Below are positions 1-16,367 of a DNA stretch of 64,000 nt, in pieces (within the stretch, counting starts at the first letter, position 1; each line of letters opens with the position of its first letter). A model generated the notes under the pieces. That model did not search any database, was not told the DNA's origin, and was given only the letters and a program-made list of their open reading frames with translations. Both the position numbers and the translations under genes were made by a program. The stretch is from Podarcis tiliguerta (taxonomy: Eukaryota), in NCBI GenBank assembly GCA_965153285.1, contig OZ229111.1. One strand, given 5' to 3'.

Positions 1-749
1 AACAAAGACGACTAAAGAGCAGCTTTAAAGTCTACCAAAATACATAGTGTTTTGCTAATGGGGTAATCTTATAGGTTTACTCAGAAGTAAATTCCACTGC
101 GATCAACTGGGCTTAGTTCCTTGTAACTCTGCTTAGGAGCGCAGCCTAACTGAGATTTGCTTCAAGTTTAGAAGTGCTCCTGCAGATTAATGGGCAGCAT
201 ATACCCCTGGCAGAATTTGTTTACTTGGCCCAAGTACTGACGGACTTCCCTCATAAGCTATCATTCAAAATATAGGCATTTAATAGCAACAATACTAATT
301 TTGAGCAGCTTCTGAAATAATAAACATTCAACATGCCATTTAATGCCAGCGCAGCAAGTTGTATAAAGAAAACTTGCTTTGACTGCAATTTAAAAAAAAT
401 TGTATACGGACATTAACAAGTACAAATCATACCGAACCAGAGTACCGAGACTGCTAATTTCAAATACCCAAAATCATCAGGGTATGTTGGAGAAGCAAGC
501 CTGTGTTTCAAAATGCAGCTACTCACTTGCAAAGCTTCTAGAGGTGCAGTACAAAAAATGAGACTCTATGTATGCAGCAGCAACTAAATAGGTATGTGCA
601 CAAGAACATTTGCCTTGTGGAGGCAACGCTAAGGTTAGGATGAAATGAAAGTTCATGCTTGCCTAACAAGCAAAAAAATGTTTTTCCTACAGATTCAAGT
701 CCTGCTTTTAGGAGGCCTATGTTATTATTTTTGTTTTTCATTCATTCAC

Positions 750-812
750 CTGGTGTATCAGGAAGACCAGTAACATTGTCATAGAAAGAAGCTCTCTGAA
801 AATTGTGAATCT
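750..812 (-). CDS. MYH10: MYH10 alternative exon B2 (EIHNFQRASFYDNVTGLPDTP), loop-2 insert, 63 nt
   Basis: catAG|...|GTGAAT, phase 1-1, 21 aa resembling the B2 insert (EIQNIQRASFYD...), placed directly after the ELWKD exon. Confidence 0.92.
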
Positions 813-2735
813 CTATGGCACAGAAACAGCAAGAACAAAGAGCAGATACACAAGACAGTCTAGTTAGTAAAGAGAAGACAATTTTGAATTGCAAGCAAGC
901 TTTAACAAAGTGCATAACAGGTCGCTATGGTGTAATGATGGATCTTCAGCAATGTGTGTTGATTTCAGGGCCTTTACAATATTCCCAGATGGCCGTTTAT
1001 CATAGTCATTACACATTCTTGAAACCTGGCTCCATAAAACCTCAAAAGCATTTCTTCTGTCTTCAGCATGTTTACTTTGCTTCACTAAAGTTGACCTTAG
1101 CGAGGAAATAAAACTGCTAATATTGCACCTTTGTATAAATCTATGATGGGCCACACTTGTATAGTGCAGCTGTTAGCTATATCTTTAAAAGGCTGTTTGT
1201 GGACCTGAAAATGATGCAGAACAATGGCAACCAAATTTACCAGGGGCCTTAAGCATGTCCCCAACGTAAGGAAAGCTGACCATCTTGATTTGTGGCTAAT
1301 TTTGCTAGCAGGCTAGGTTCAAGGTTCTTGTGTTAGCTCACAAAGCCAAAATCAACTTGGGCCCGAAGTACCTCAGTGACCTTCTGGTCCCTTATACACC
1401 ACCTCACTCCCCGAGATCCTGGTGGTTCCTCACAGGTCTGGGGTTTGGTAGGCCTTCATTACAGGCCTGTAGGGGTTTGGCAGGGACCAGCCCTCCCCTT
1501 CTTTGAGAAGCCCCTTGAAAGCTGTATTTTCTGGACAGGCCTTCCCAACATGCATTTCTTTTTTAAACCAACCAGTATCTACTGATGTTTTAAATTATGT
1601 TTTATAGATGTTTCTAGATTTTATTGTATTTATGCTGCCAGCTGCCTTGATATATTTTATGTATCTGTAGAAAATGCCCCTCCTACAGCACTTTCTAAGC
1701 ACCTAGGAATCAGCTGGTTGTCAGATGCCTGGGAAGTGCTGCTCAAGGGGCTTTGCAAGCTCTTTTGGAAGGAAAACAATGCTCTGCTTTTAGATGGAGC
1801 ATTCTTTTTTTTCTTTCCAAGGAACAGGTACAGAATTCCCACCAATATCTCCAAACTTGCTAGATTGGTTGAACAATCTATCATTGCAGAAAGCCAACTT
1901 TGGGAGTCTGATAACAGTCAATAGAGTTGGGAAGTCCAAACCTCTGTGGGTCTTGAAAGGTAGATGGCACAGTTACTGGCGAGCATTAGCTTCTGCCCTT
2001 ATGTCTGGTTTGTGCTTTCCCATAGGCATCTGTTTGGTCACTATGGAACACAGGGATCCAGGATTAAGAGTGTCTTTTGGTGTAATCCATCAGATCTCTT
2101 CCTAAATTAAGTTAATGTGAAGCTAAGAGTTAAGCAGGCATTAAAAGGATACTAAATTATAACACCGTCTTGGAAGCACTCCAAGCAACGCAACCAAGTT
2201 TTAAGAAGTGTTTTTGGTTAAGCAAGCTTATGTTCTGCCATACCAGGCACACAGAAAATTAACAATGCAAGAAAAAGACTTAATGTACTATTATGATACA
2301 ACCTTTAAGAGCTATTTAAACTTTGATTATTCAAAATTCTTAGTTTACTGTCCTGTTTTACCAGTGTACCCATTGCTAATAACTAAAACAGCAGCTTCAG
2401 TACTTTTAGCTGTCATGAAAGGTTGAGAGTCGTTTAGTCACAACACAGACTTTCAAATTATCCTAAATGACTAAGAAAAGAGTCTACTCAAAACACACTT
2501 GCAGCTAAGTAGCTTGATGTATGGAAGTGCAATCAGCCCATAATGACACATGTGCAAGTAAAGTAATTGATACTGCAGCGGCACTTCAAACCCTCCTGTT
2601 GCCACTGCTGGCAGGAATCTCAGAGGAACTGAACTAATCCATGAAGGATTCATGTGTTAGCTTTGCAGAGAAGGCCCCAACTCACCCACCAGGATTTACC
2701 AGCTCATCTTATATAGATTAGGACCAGATTCTTAC

Positions 2736-2850
2736 CATCCTTCCAAAGCTCTGCCACAAATTTGTCTGAAGACTGGTGTAGAAGCGTAGCCACATTGTCA
2801 TTCAGAGGGTCCATATTCTTCATAAGCCACTCATCTGCCTTGTAGTCCAC
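2736..2850 (-). CDS. MYH10: MYH10 exon ([38 protein letters not shown]), 115 nt
   Basis: Manual translation; tccAG acceptor and GTAAG donor. Confidence 0.97.
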
Positions 2851-3334
2851 CTGGAATTAAGCAAGTGGGATAAACAGCAAATACTGCCAACCTTCCCAAC
2901 CTGTTTTTTGTTTTTAAGGGAGGATGAGTTGCATCTCCTCATACGTGATTGACATTTAAGCAGTGCTGAAGTTGTGAAGAACCTCTGCAGACACTTACTG
3001 AACTCCCTTTTCGGACTAACACTGAATGTACCACACTGTCAAGGGTGTATGGCTAGCAGGCACAACTCCACCGTCACACTGAATGCATGAGGTGGGTTGT
3101 CTGAACAGGGTTTTTATGTGTACAGTGGATCCACTTAACATGATACTTTCCAGATTCTCCCTCTGCTGCAAGTGACACATAAGTCTTTCAAACTCATTTT
3201 AGAGATCACAACTTCCCAGTGTTTACATGGGGGTAGGCTACTATTGAGAAAATGCCTCCCCCCCCCCAACCAATTGTAGGGTTATTATCATTATTTAAAA
3301 AAAATATTCTTATTCTTATTTATTAAAATTATCC

Positions 3335-3423
3335 CATCCTGAAGCAAAGTTCTTAACCTGAAGCACTAAATCTGGGTTAGCGGAGTCTGTAACCTGAAGT
3401 GCATGTAACCCGAGGTACCACTG
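3335..3423. mobile_element. Half copy of the same Tc1/mariner MITE
   Basis: Ends in TAACCCGAGGTACCACTG-TA. Confidence 0.8.
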
Positions 3424-3576
3424 TACTGCAGCACATGAAGTATCTTGCATGGAATCAAAATGGGCACCAGAGTTTGGAAGCAACATATTTCACTCTCCAA
3501 TCCTACCTGATGACCAGACTCAGGAGGCCAAACCTATTCTCAAATACCAAGATACGCAGGCTCCTGTAGCCTCTCA

Positions 3577-3813
<237 letters not shown>

Positions 3814-4679
3814 CTAGTAAGTAGATAAATAAATGTTTTATTACCAGAATCTGTTCTCACCTCCCCTCATTTGATATTCCTTTCACCATACAGTTGCACC
3901 TGAGCAACACAGCCGAAGCAGAGCACGTGCTTATGCAAAAATAAGATCCATATTCGCATTTCAACGGGAGATACAAGTGGACATACGTGACTAATGGCAG
4001 TGGATCCCCCCCCCCCCAAGTCAGTTGATTTTGAAATCAGATACAAGAAGGGAACAAGATACAAGCATATCAAGAATTCTAAAGCATCAAGTTCAACCAA
4101 CTTGATGCTTTGCCTCACAGAATGTCTCATAGCAACACAGAGCTACCTGAAATGTAATCAAAATTATCAGAACCGAAGTAAGAGCTATTAAAGGTATAGG
4201 ACGAGAAATAGGAAAAGGAACAGAGCTCAGTGACATATACACTGAAAGTCAGGGTTCCCTACCATTCAGTTAGCTCACAAAATAATGTGTGACATAAGCA
4301 AGCCTAGAGTACATTTGGGCATGTTCCAGGTTACCAGCGCCTTGTTAATCAGATCCAGTGAGGCATGTATTGCCTGTAAGAACATCATTCTGAATTTCAG
4401 TTCATAACACATTTTTCTGGCTGGGTTTTGTTTATTATAAATTTGCTTTTTAAGTCGCCTGATCAGTTTTTAATTAGAAATGCAGAATAATAATGCCACA
4501 AATGCAAATCAGGAGGGTAGCACTTGCTGGATTTGTCTACAGGCACACTTTACAGAAATGTCTCTTGATTCAACACTTAAATCCCGGAGAAGCCCCTCTA
4601 GAAAAACAAAAAACAAACTTGGATCGGTAAGGTGTATGGAATGATTTACATTAAAAAGAGATCTTGGTTGAGAAAGCTA

Positions 4680-4886
<207 letters not shown>

Positions 4887-5225
4887 CTAGGGGAAAATAC
4901 CAAGAAAGTTAACTTTTTAGAGTTTTACAGCTTTTGTATTGGTTATACTACAATGTACGTTTTGCAGGGCAAACCATTTAACACGCAACTGGCCAAACGT
5001 GCAGAGAGTTTTGCACCTGATTCTATGATAGCAAGGAAATAAGGCAGACGTGCTAATCTCTTACATAGAAACCCCATCTCATTCAGAGCTTACCAAGACT
5101 GCTTAAAAGTCAGGAAAAGCCACTGAAAAAATGTGGTCACGTGGAGAGTAGAATCTTATCCATGAAATTTCAATATTGCAGTTTGGAGCTACCAGATCCA
5201 TTGCAATGCTATTTTATATATGTTA

Positions 5226-5462
<237 letters not shown>

Positions 5463-5752
5463 TTATAAGAAAATAGAAACACTAAGTTTAACACAGTTAC
5501 TATTTCTAATAGAAAGATAATGAACGTGCTATTTCCTAGGTATGTTTATTTTGTTTATATCCCACCCTTCATCCCAAAGGAGTATGTCATATTCTAATTA
5601 AGATCTAAGCTTGAACATTGTACCACCTAGACACAGAAGGCCAGCCATTATGTGGCTTTCTAGTTTTTCTACAGACACACACGTATCAAACTGTATCTCA
5701 CTGATCAACCACTGCACCCAGAGTACTGATGCTCAGTGTAATTGTCTCCTTA

Positions 5753-6151
<399 letters not shown>

Positions 6152-6506
6152 TTACCAGAACCTCAACAACTGGTTTTACACTGAATAAGTGTCCCCAAAA
6201 AGTATTTCCCCACAGTTCCTAATGTTAAGGAACCCTTTCCAAGTCAACTTGTTTGACCATGTACTCCCTGTGTATTGCAAAGGACTCCAGTGAATGTTCT
6301 AGGCTGCCAACTCAGTTCATATAGGCTAGCGTACACCCTAGCACATTCAGCCACTGCCCTGCAGCTACATATTGCAGGGGAACGCTGGCAACGTTGGGCA
6401 AATTGACCTTCAAGGAAGTTTTTCCACCATTACTGCTTCTATCAATGGGGAATCTCAGCATTTCCCAGAACACCATTTGAAAATCACTCAAGGAGTAACA
6501 CCAGTA

Positions 6507-6747
6507 CAGTCGTACCTTGGATCCCAAATGCCTTGGTACTTGTCCGTTTTGGCTCCCGAACGCCACAAACCCGAAAGTGAGTGTTCCGATTTGTGAACAC
6601 TCTTTGGAATGTGAACGTCCGACAGGGCTTCCGATTGGCTGCAGGAGCTTACTGCAGCCAATCGGAAGCCACGCCTTCGTTTCCAAATGTTTTGTAAGTC
6701 TAAAGGACTTCTGGAATGGATTCCGTTCAACTTCCAAGGTACCACTG
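6507..6747. mobile_element. Tc1/mariner MITE, second family, with internal hairpin
   Basis: TA-CAGTCGTACCTTGGA ... TCCAAGGTACCACTG-TA. Confidence 0.82.
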
Positions 6748-7759
6748 TACTTCACATTAATGAAAGGTGAGGCGATAAGTAAGCTTTGCAACTCAACGAG
6801 TGTAGCCTTCCAAACAACCAATGCAGTAAGTTCATAATTCTAGCATTCATTCACCAGGAACGTGTGCCTGGGTTTGCGTATAAGAAAACTCTGTGTTAGC
6901 ATATAATAAAACTATCACTGAAACTCTGTAGATTCAGGAAATACATATTAAATATAGTTGTGCTTCATACATGTCACAGCATACATTTCAACCAATATGA
7001 AATCAGCGCTCGGGGGGCGGGGCGGGCGGGGGGGGGAATAATGAAACCACTCTGATGACAAAGGCAGTCACTCACTACTCTATGCATTAACAAGTTCCCT
7101 TAAGAAATACACTTAAGCACAAAGGGCTGAATGATACAGATGATCCTTGTCACAGAGAATACAAAAGTGAACTAAGAACGTGAGAAAATTCCTACTTGTG
7201 TCAGGATCTCCCCCCCCCCCCCCCAAATGATTAAGAGGAACATTAGACACGGATAGTATTAAATTATAAAGTCAGTCCTATGCATACCACCCTGTCACTT
7301 GAATGATCAGATTTTCTAAACTTAGCATTTATGATCTCCAATTCTCCAAAAAGTCGTGTTTGGCTCCAGAATCACTGTCCCTGGCAGCATAATCACTGTA
7401 TAGACCCAAGAAAAATAAACCGATTCAACTGCACATACCATTTTACTTGGGAGTTTTAAAGACTTTGCTGATAAGCTCTTAATGAGGTTAGAGTTCAAAT
7501 ACTTTTTCAAAGAGGAAATACCTCAACATAGTCCCAGGGATTCTGAAGTATTTAGTAGGTTTGGGGGTGGGGTGGGGGAACAAAACACAAGATGTGTGAA
7601 CAGTACCAGTTTCTTAGTACCTGAAGGCTAGGACTTATCTCTACCACCACAGCTGCCTCTATATTGCAGGCATAACCCACATGGTACATGATGATGTGAG
7701 CTGCCACTCCCATCATTCCTGGCCGTGCTGCTTGGGGCTGATGGGAGCTGCAGTCTTCA

Positions 7760-8125
<366 letters not shown>

Positions 8126-8546
8126 TCAGATCAGGTCATAGCTGTATCTGACAAGTCCAATGTTTCAACAAGTCAAGGTATTTGTCAGAGGCTCTACAAA
8201 CCCTAAAATAAAGGTACTGAAATCCTACACTAGGGTAATCCAGTTCTACACCAAGAAGTTATTACCTTTTTTAGGATTTATGCTATCCTTGAAGTGTTAA
8301 TGAACTACATAATGCCCTGCCCGGACCATTAAAAGTCTCTGACTTTTTAAGATTTTACTGCTCGTTATGTACACACTTTCAAGTCCATATTTAGAGCCAT
8401 ATACCATGTTTATTAAGCTGCGATGCCACACTATTCTAGATACAATACTAAACTTACTTTCTGCATTTTCTGCAAAAATGCTACAGGTTTTAAGTGTAAA
8501 AACACACATTTCCCAGCTTCAAAAACCAAAGCCATTTCAAACATAC

Positions 8547-8690
8547 CCAAGATTTCATCATGAGAAAACCCCATGATATGCATGGCTTCCATTGTCTCCT
8601 GAAAGTTATCCTTATCTTGCTGGCCAGGAATGGGCACGTAGCCATTGGAGAGGAATCTGTAGTTATTAAACCCTTCAAGGAGTAAATCAG
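8547..8690 (-). CDS. MYH10: MYH10 exon ([48 protein letters not shown]), 144 nt
   Basis: Contained in ORF 8431..8775; tacAG acceptor and GTATGT donor. Confidence 0.97.
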
Positions 8691-8763
8691 CTGTATTGAG
8701 GAGGAAAAACGCAAAAGGTTTCTTCAAGACACTGGGTAAAGTAATTTTCCATTCATTTAATCC

Positions 8764-9030
8764 TAGGGTTGCCATATTTCAAAATGGGAAATTCCTGACA
8801 TCTGCAAAGTGGTTGGGCTTTTGTAAGGAAGAAACCCAAATTGTTGGGCTTTTGTGGGGAAACCTCCCCCCAAAATAGTAATTTAAAGCTTCTGGAGCTG
8901 TTTCCGCTGCTTTTTCCCACCATGTTGCCATACATCCGGGTTTTCCCTGACATTTTACCAATTTGGCAAAATTCCCCCCTGCACATTTTTACACCCCAAA
9001 ACCAGGACATCCTGACATATGGCAAGCCTA
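8764..9030. mobile_element. Non-autonomous DNA transposon with TAGGGTTGCCATAT termini (hAT-like)
   Basis: TIR TAGGGTTGCCATAT / ATATGGCAAGCCTA; TSD not recognisable. Confidence 0.6.
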
Positions 9031-9744
9031 TACAAGACGTTATGGCAGGCCAGTATTTTATTCTCTAACAATGACAAAGTTTAAAGAGTTCAGAGACCAA
9101 TTCCCTAGTGTTTATAAACTATTTTAAAACCCAGATTCATTTTCATATTGGGCTGGAAACAAACAAAAACGTTCCAGAGGACAAATGTAGACAAACAATA
9201 TTTCAGAAGACACAAAAGTAAAAAATAAGTATCCTCAAAGAACATCTGGAATGCTGATGATCCCAAGAAGAAGTGGAAGCCTTCTCACAATAATTTGTGC
9301 TTCATCTAAAGTGTAAATACCATGCTGCTTTGGCCTATCAACAGCACCTTGGCACCATTCCCAGCTTGAGTCCTCTTCTGTCCAGTGTGAGTTTGATAGC
9401 TGATGCCAGCACTCCTTTAACTGCCTGGCTTGAAGCTTACATGTTTCTGTCCAGCCAAGGGCTCAATAAATTTTATAAAGCTTTAGACTGTAATTGTCTG
9501 CTGGATCTGTTAATATGGCTGATGCAGATTTCATTGAGGCCTGCACCACTGCAGCATTCCAAATACAGAACCTTAACTCCAAATACCGAACTGAAGCCTA
9601 GCTGCAGAGTTCATTATTTAGGAATCACTCATCCAAGGTATCTTGGACAGCGCCAGTACAAATGACCTTACAAACAGAGCCATCTGTGCCCTTCACATAT
9701 GCAAAAAGATAGTAAAACCATGAAATCAATTCAGCTTCTGTTTA

Positions 9745-12055
<2,311 letters not shown>

Positions 12056-12859
12056 TTACTACCTTACAAATGCAATGCATCCAAGTTTATTTAAACTGAG
12101 AACAGAAGCAATACCTCTCAACTACAGCTACATTTTACCTTTACATCCATTAAATCAATGTTTGAATGCATTTTAGTGTATCACTATTATTACACTTCGA
12201 TCAGGTGAAGATAATTCACAATGCATTTCTTCTTCAAAGGAGGAACTCTCTCTTATCAAATCAGAATTTAAAAACCATCACTACTGGAGATTACTTCTAT
12301 ACAAAAATAAATCACCATCTGGACTGCATTAAACTACTCATTACAAAAATAGTGCCAGAGCCATTGGAGTGATTATGTTCACAACATCAATGCAGACTTA
12401 AAGGAAAAATGTAATAGGAAACAGATGCTTAAGGACTTTTACAGGAAAGAAACTTTACTGCATTCACGTTTTGCACCTCCTGTAAAAACTGAGCAAAACA
12501 GCAGCGCAGCCTGCGAACTTCTAGCCAATGTCCTATCTGTGGAGCTACCATTAGGTTTCAGATAGTACGTCTGAGAAGAAGCCTAATTACATCTACTCTG
12601 CTCTGCAATGCCATCATACTTTGGACAGATTGGGATTTGGTTGATCTAACTCATCCCAACCCAGTTACTAGAAAAGGCCTCTCATTTGGTTTTTTTACAT
12701 ACTCTTGGCTGTGCTTATGAATATTAAAAGATGTAGGCCACAATGTGTTTTGCAATGTCATTCAGTGAATTAACAGCCGAGATTTAACATTTTAACTAGG
12801 GACTCTCAGATCGTGCTCTTTGTCACGATGCTAGGTTTTTTTTGTTTATTTTGTTATGA

Positions 12860-13065
12860 CATTTATGCCCCGCCTTTTATATTGTCCAAGGAGCCAAGGA
12901 TGGAGTACATGCTCCTCCTCATCCCAATTTTTATCCTCCCAACCACCTTCTGAGGAAGGCTAGGCTGAGACGGAGTGTGACTGGCTCAAGGTCACCCAAT
13001 GAGCTTCATGGCTGAGTGGGGACTGAAACCCTGGTCCCTCAGGTTCTGGCTCCACCATTCTAACC
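12860..13065 (-). mobile_element. Older CORE/MIR-like SINE fragment
   Basis: ...gtgactggctcaaggtcacccaatgagcttcatggctgagtgggga... resembles the same SINE body. Confidence 0.6.
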
Positions 13066-13824
13066 TGCATGTACTGTATATGCACACCTGCAGGGTACTA
13101 CTGATGCTCAACTTGTAGTAGTCATTTAAAGTTTACAATGCATTGATATTATAACGAAAGCAAGATTGGAAGGCTAGTCATAAGCTAAATAAACCGAGTG
13201 ACTATACACTGCTACCTCTCTTCTTCTAGAGAACGAGATAACAAATTGGTTCTTTCTGTTGTAAGCTTCAGCTGTTACATGACTTGCTCATGGAAAAATT
13301 AACACTGAGCTCTTTTTTTAAAAAAAATGTATCATAGGTAAACATGGAACTTAATCGGGAGTGAACTGCTTATTTATCCAAGGCATGTTTAAACCAACAC
13401 AACAGGGGATGGACTCATTTAGACTGCAATGCTACACCCAGTCACTGCAGAGTAAGCTCCATTCAACTCAGCTGGACTTCTAACTAGGCATGTATTGGAT
13501 TGCACAGTTAGACCAGTAACTGGCAGAGATATTGGTACTTATCTGAGAATATACAAGGGCTGGAATATACTCAGACAATGATCTAAAATTTCACGCACCT
13601 GAATTAAGATTTGTTTTGGCCCAAGTGTTATGTATCTTTGTAATGCAAGTTTGGTTGCTCCCAGTGTAAGTCTGGGCATTGATGACCAAGAATAGTAGAG
13701 AGGGGATTCTCCCCTCCCCAAAATGAAGAACTAATGCACTTCAACAGGTTTCTTAAGAGTAGATCTGCCTAGAAAAACTAGTTTAGCATTTAATTAAGGT
13801 TGTTTGGTTTAAATTTAAAATTTA

Positions 13825-13965
<141 letters not shown>

Positions 13966-15071
13966 TCAGGCAACTCCAATCCAAGAGCAGCACAATTTCC
14001 CAGGTGTGGTTTCCGTTTTCAATTGCCTTGACCCCGTATGTCTTCTCAATACAGCATCTTCAAAATATGCTTAATGCTGTTAACAGTTGAGATGGACGAC
14101 ATTATAAAAAACAGTTGGAAAATATGGTATTAAAAACTAAAGAAATAGATACAATTTAGGTTAGGACTAATGGATAAAGCACAGGGTTGACAAACTGCCA
14201 CCTTTCAGGCAATTTTTGAAGAAAAAAATGATGCTCCATCTTCCACTAAGATCAGTATCTGAGGCAGCTAAATGGCCTGACAAAGTATACATTAGTAATG
14301 CACAAATATTTTTTAAAAAAACTATGTGAAGTAGACATTTATCATTTTAACTAATCATCTGTGCAGCACAGATTTCTGCTCCCACATCTAAACAAAACTT
14401 ATAGGATTGTTTTAGACTGAAGTGAGCAGTGTTGCCTTAGCTCTGTCTATTCTCAAACTTGAGGTGAAACAGTATTTCAGCTACAAGCACAGGACACACA
14501 ACTCATTTTGTAGTTTTTTAGAAAGGTTTTTAAGTCTGAGTTGCCAGCTCAGACATGTCTGGGAGAATTCATTTCCCACTGCTGTCCATGTTAACACCTG
14601 TGTGTATCCATTAGCCCAATGAGGAGTCAAGTTGGTGAAAGATGAGATTTTGCTGCCATGTCTTGGATAGCAAAGGTGTGTGGCAGAGTGGAATTGTATC
14701 TGTAATATAATTGCAAAATTAATATTAGCACCGCTAATAGGTCTGCTTTTTCCAGTCAATCTTGTTTGTAGAAAACGTATGAACCTAGGTTACCTAACAG
14801 TAAGTGGCCTCCATTGAACTGCTTTGAAATACCAATACTTCACAGTACGATTGGTTTTGTTTGGTCCCAATTATATAGATGTGAAAGATTTCTGCCTACT
14901 GTTAGTTAATGTTTGTATAGTACCTTTTTAGAAGTGCATTATCTGAACAGAATCATCGCTTAGTTTCTCGACTGAACATCCTCTGCTTATCCAGCTAACA
15001 TCAAACACTCACTGGTTTCAGAGAAGCAAGTGCTTAACTCTCCTGCTGGAGTTAAACAAGTGAGCTTTATA

Positions 15072-15151
15072 CAGGATGAGTCTTTTAAAAGAGGCCCCAT
15101 GGAACATGTGTACTCTGTATCCACGGGGCCTCTTTTAAAGGACTCACCCTG
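15072..15151. mobile_element. 80-bp palindromic mariner-type MITE
   Basis: TA-CAGGATGAGTCTTTTAAAAGAGGCCCC ... GGGGCCTCTTTTAAAGGACTCACCCTG-TA. Confidence 0.8.
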
Positions 15152-15735
15152 TATATGCAGAAGAATGTAACGCAATTTCAATGTGCTTTTTCTAAATGTT
15201 TAACTAAGACTACACCATTCTATCTATAGTAAGAGGAAGTGCAAGGCTGGTTGATATCCACAATAAAAAAAAACCCTTTCATACAAGAAAGACACATATT
15301 GTTGCCTTTTGCATCTTAACTCTACATGGCAGGTTCTTGCTAGTTCCTCCTTTCTAAGAGATTATCCAGCAAAATGCCTTTCAATGGGCACTGAAAAGCA
15401 CAAAAACAAAACACAGAAACCAAGTAATAGGGGCTCAAACAGCTAGTTCAGAGTCAATTCAAGTGAGCACACATCTGACAAGCAGAAAAGGTCGTAAATT
15501 GTTTGTAAACAATATGAACTGCAGAAATGAGCTCTATGGAGTCTGCAGGAATACATCTAGTCAAGAATGGAGTTTATCTCAGTTTGGACAGTTACAAAAA
15601 ACTGAAATATGCCAAGATAAATCACTTCATGGAATACTGATGCTACCTCCTGTTACAGTCCAAGCACACTAGCATAGTGTGCCTTTAGCTGTTCTCAGCA
15701 AACAAAATCAAATTTCAGACTTCACTGAAGAGAGA

Positions 15736-16242
15736 CATGCATTTGCACACACCCACACCCCAAGTGTCTGATCAATACAAGAGGTTTAATCTGTTATTTT
15801 AGTCTCTATGAAGTCAGATCTTGAGGTTTGTGCAATTGCTTGCCTATAACACAGAAATGAGGAACTGGTAGCCCTCCATATCTTGTGTACTCCCAAGTCC
15901 CATCAGCCCCAGCCAACATGGTCAGGGATGACAGGACTCTAGCAAACATGGAGTGTTACAGGTTCCTAATCCCTGATATGAACACTTCAAAATAGGTTTC
16001 CTAGTTATTCTTACTAATGGCCCTAAAATGCCTGGCACGCTTGTCTTGGTGTCATGCATCAGTCCCATGTGAGGAAACAGACAAGAGGCATATGGAGACC
16101 ACCATCCTATTCTGCAATGTATCACAGAAGCTTGAAACCAAAGGCAAGATCTACATTGGCTTTCACACAAAAATTCAGGGAGATCTTGGAAAAAGCATCC
16201 AAAATATTGTGAAGGTGTGGTAACATGCAATACATTCATGCA
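15736..16242 (-). promoter_or_regulatory. Cluster of RBFOX UGCAUG intronic splicing-enhancer motifs downstream of the B1 and 18-nt exons
   Basis: CATGCA on + strand at 16237-16242, 16224-16229, 16053-16058, 15736-15741. Confidence 0.7.
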
Positions 16243-16349
16243 AATCAACAGTGTAATGATAGGTAAGAGAGGCTTTGCTCTCAGCATCCCTGTGATTTGA
16301 CTCATTTTGAGAGCGGGGTGAGAAGCTAGAAGAGCTACATGCTACTCAC

Positions 16350-16367
16350 ATACAACAGGGATCCACT
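16350..16367 (-). CDS. MYH10: MYH10 alternative 18-nt microexon (SGSLLY, R18-type)
   Basis: ctgcAG|AGTGGATCCCTGTTGTAT|GTGAGT; phase 0-0; equals the last 6 aa of the 16-aa loop-1 insert known for NMHC-IIB. Confidence 0.88.
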
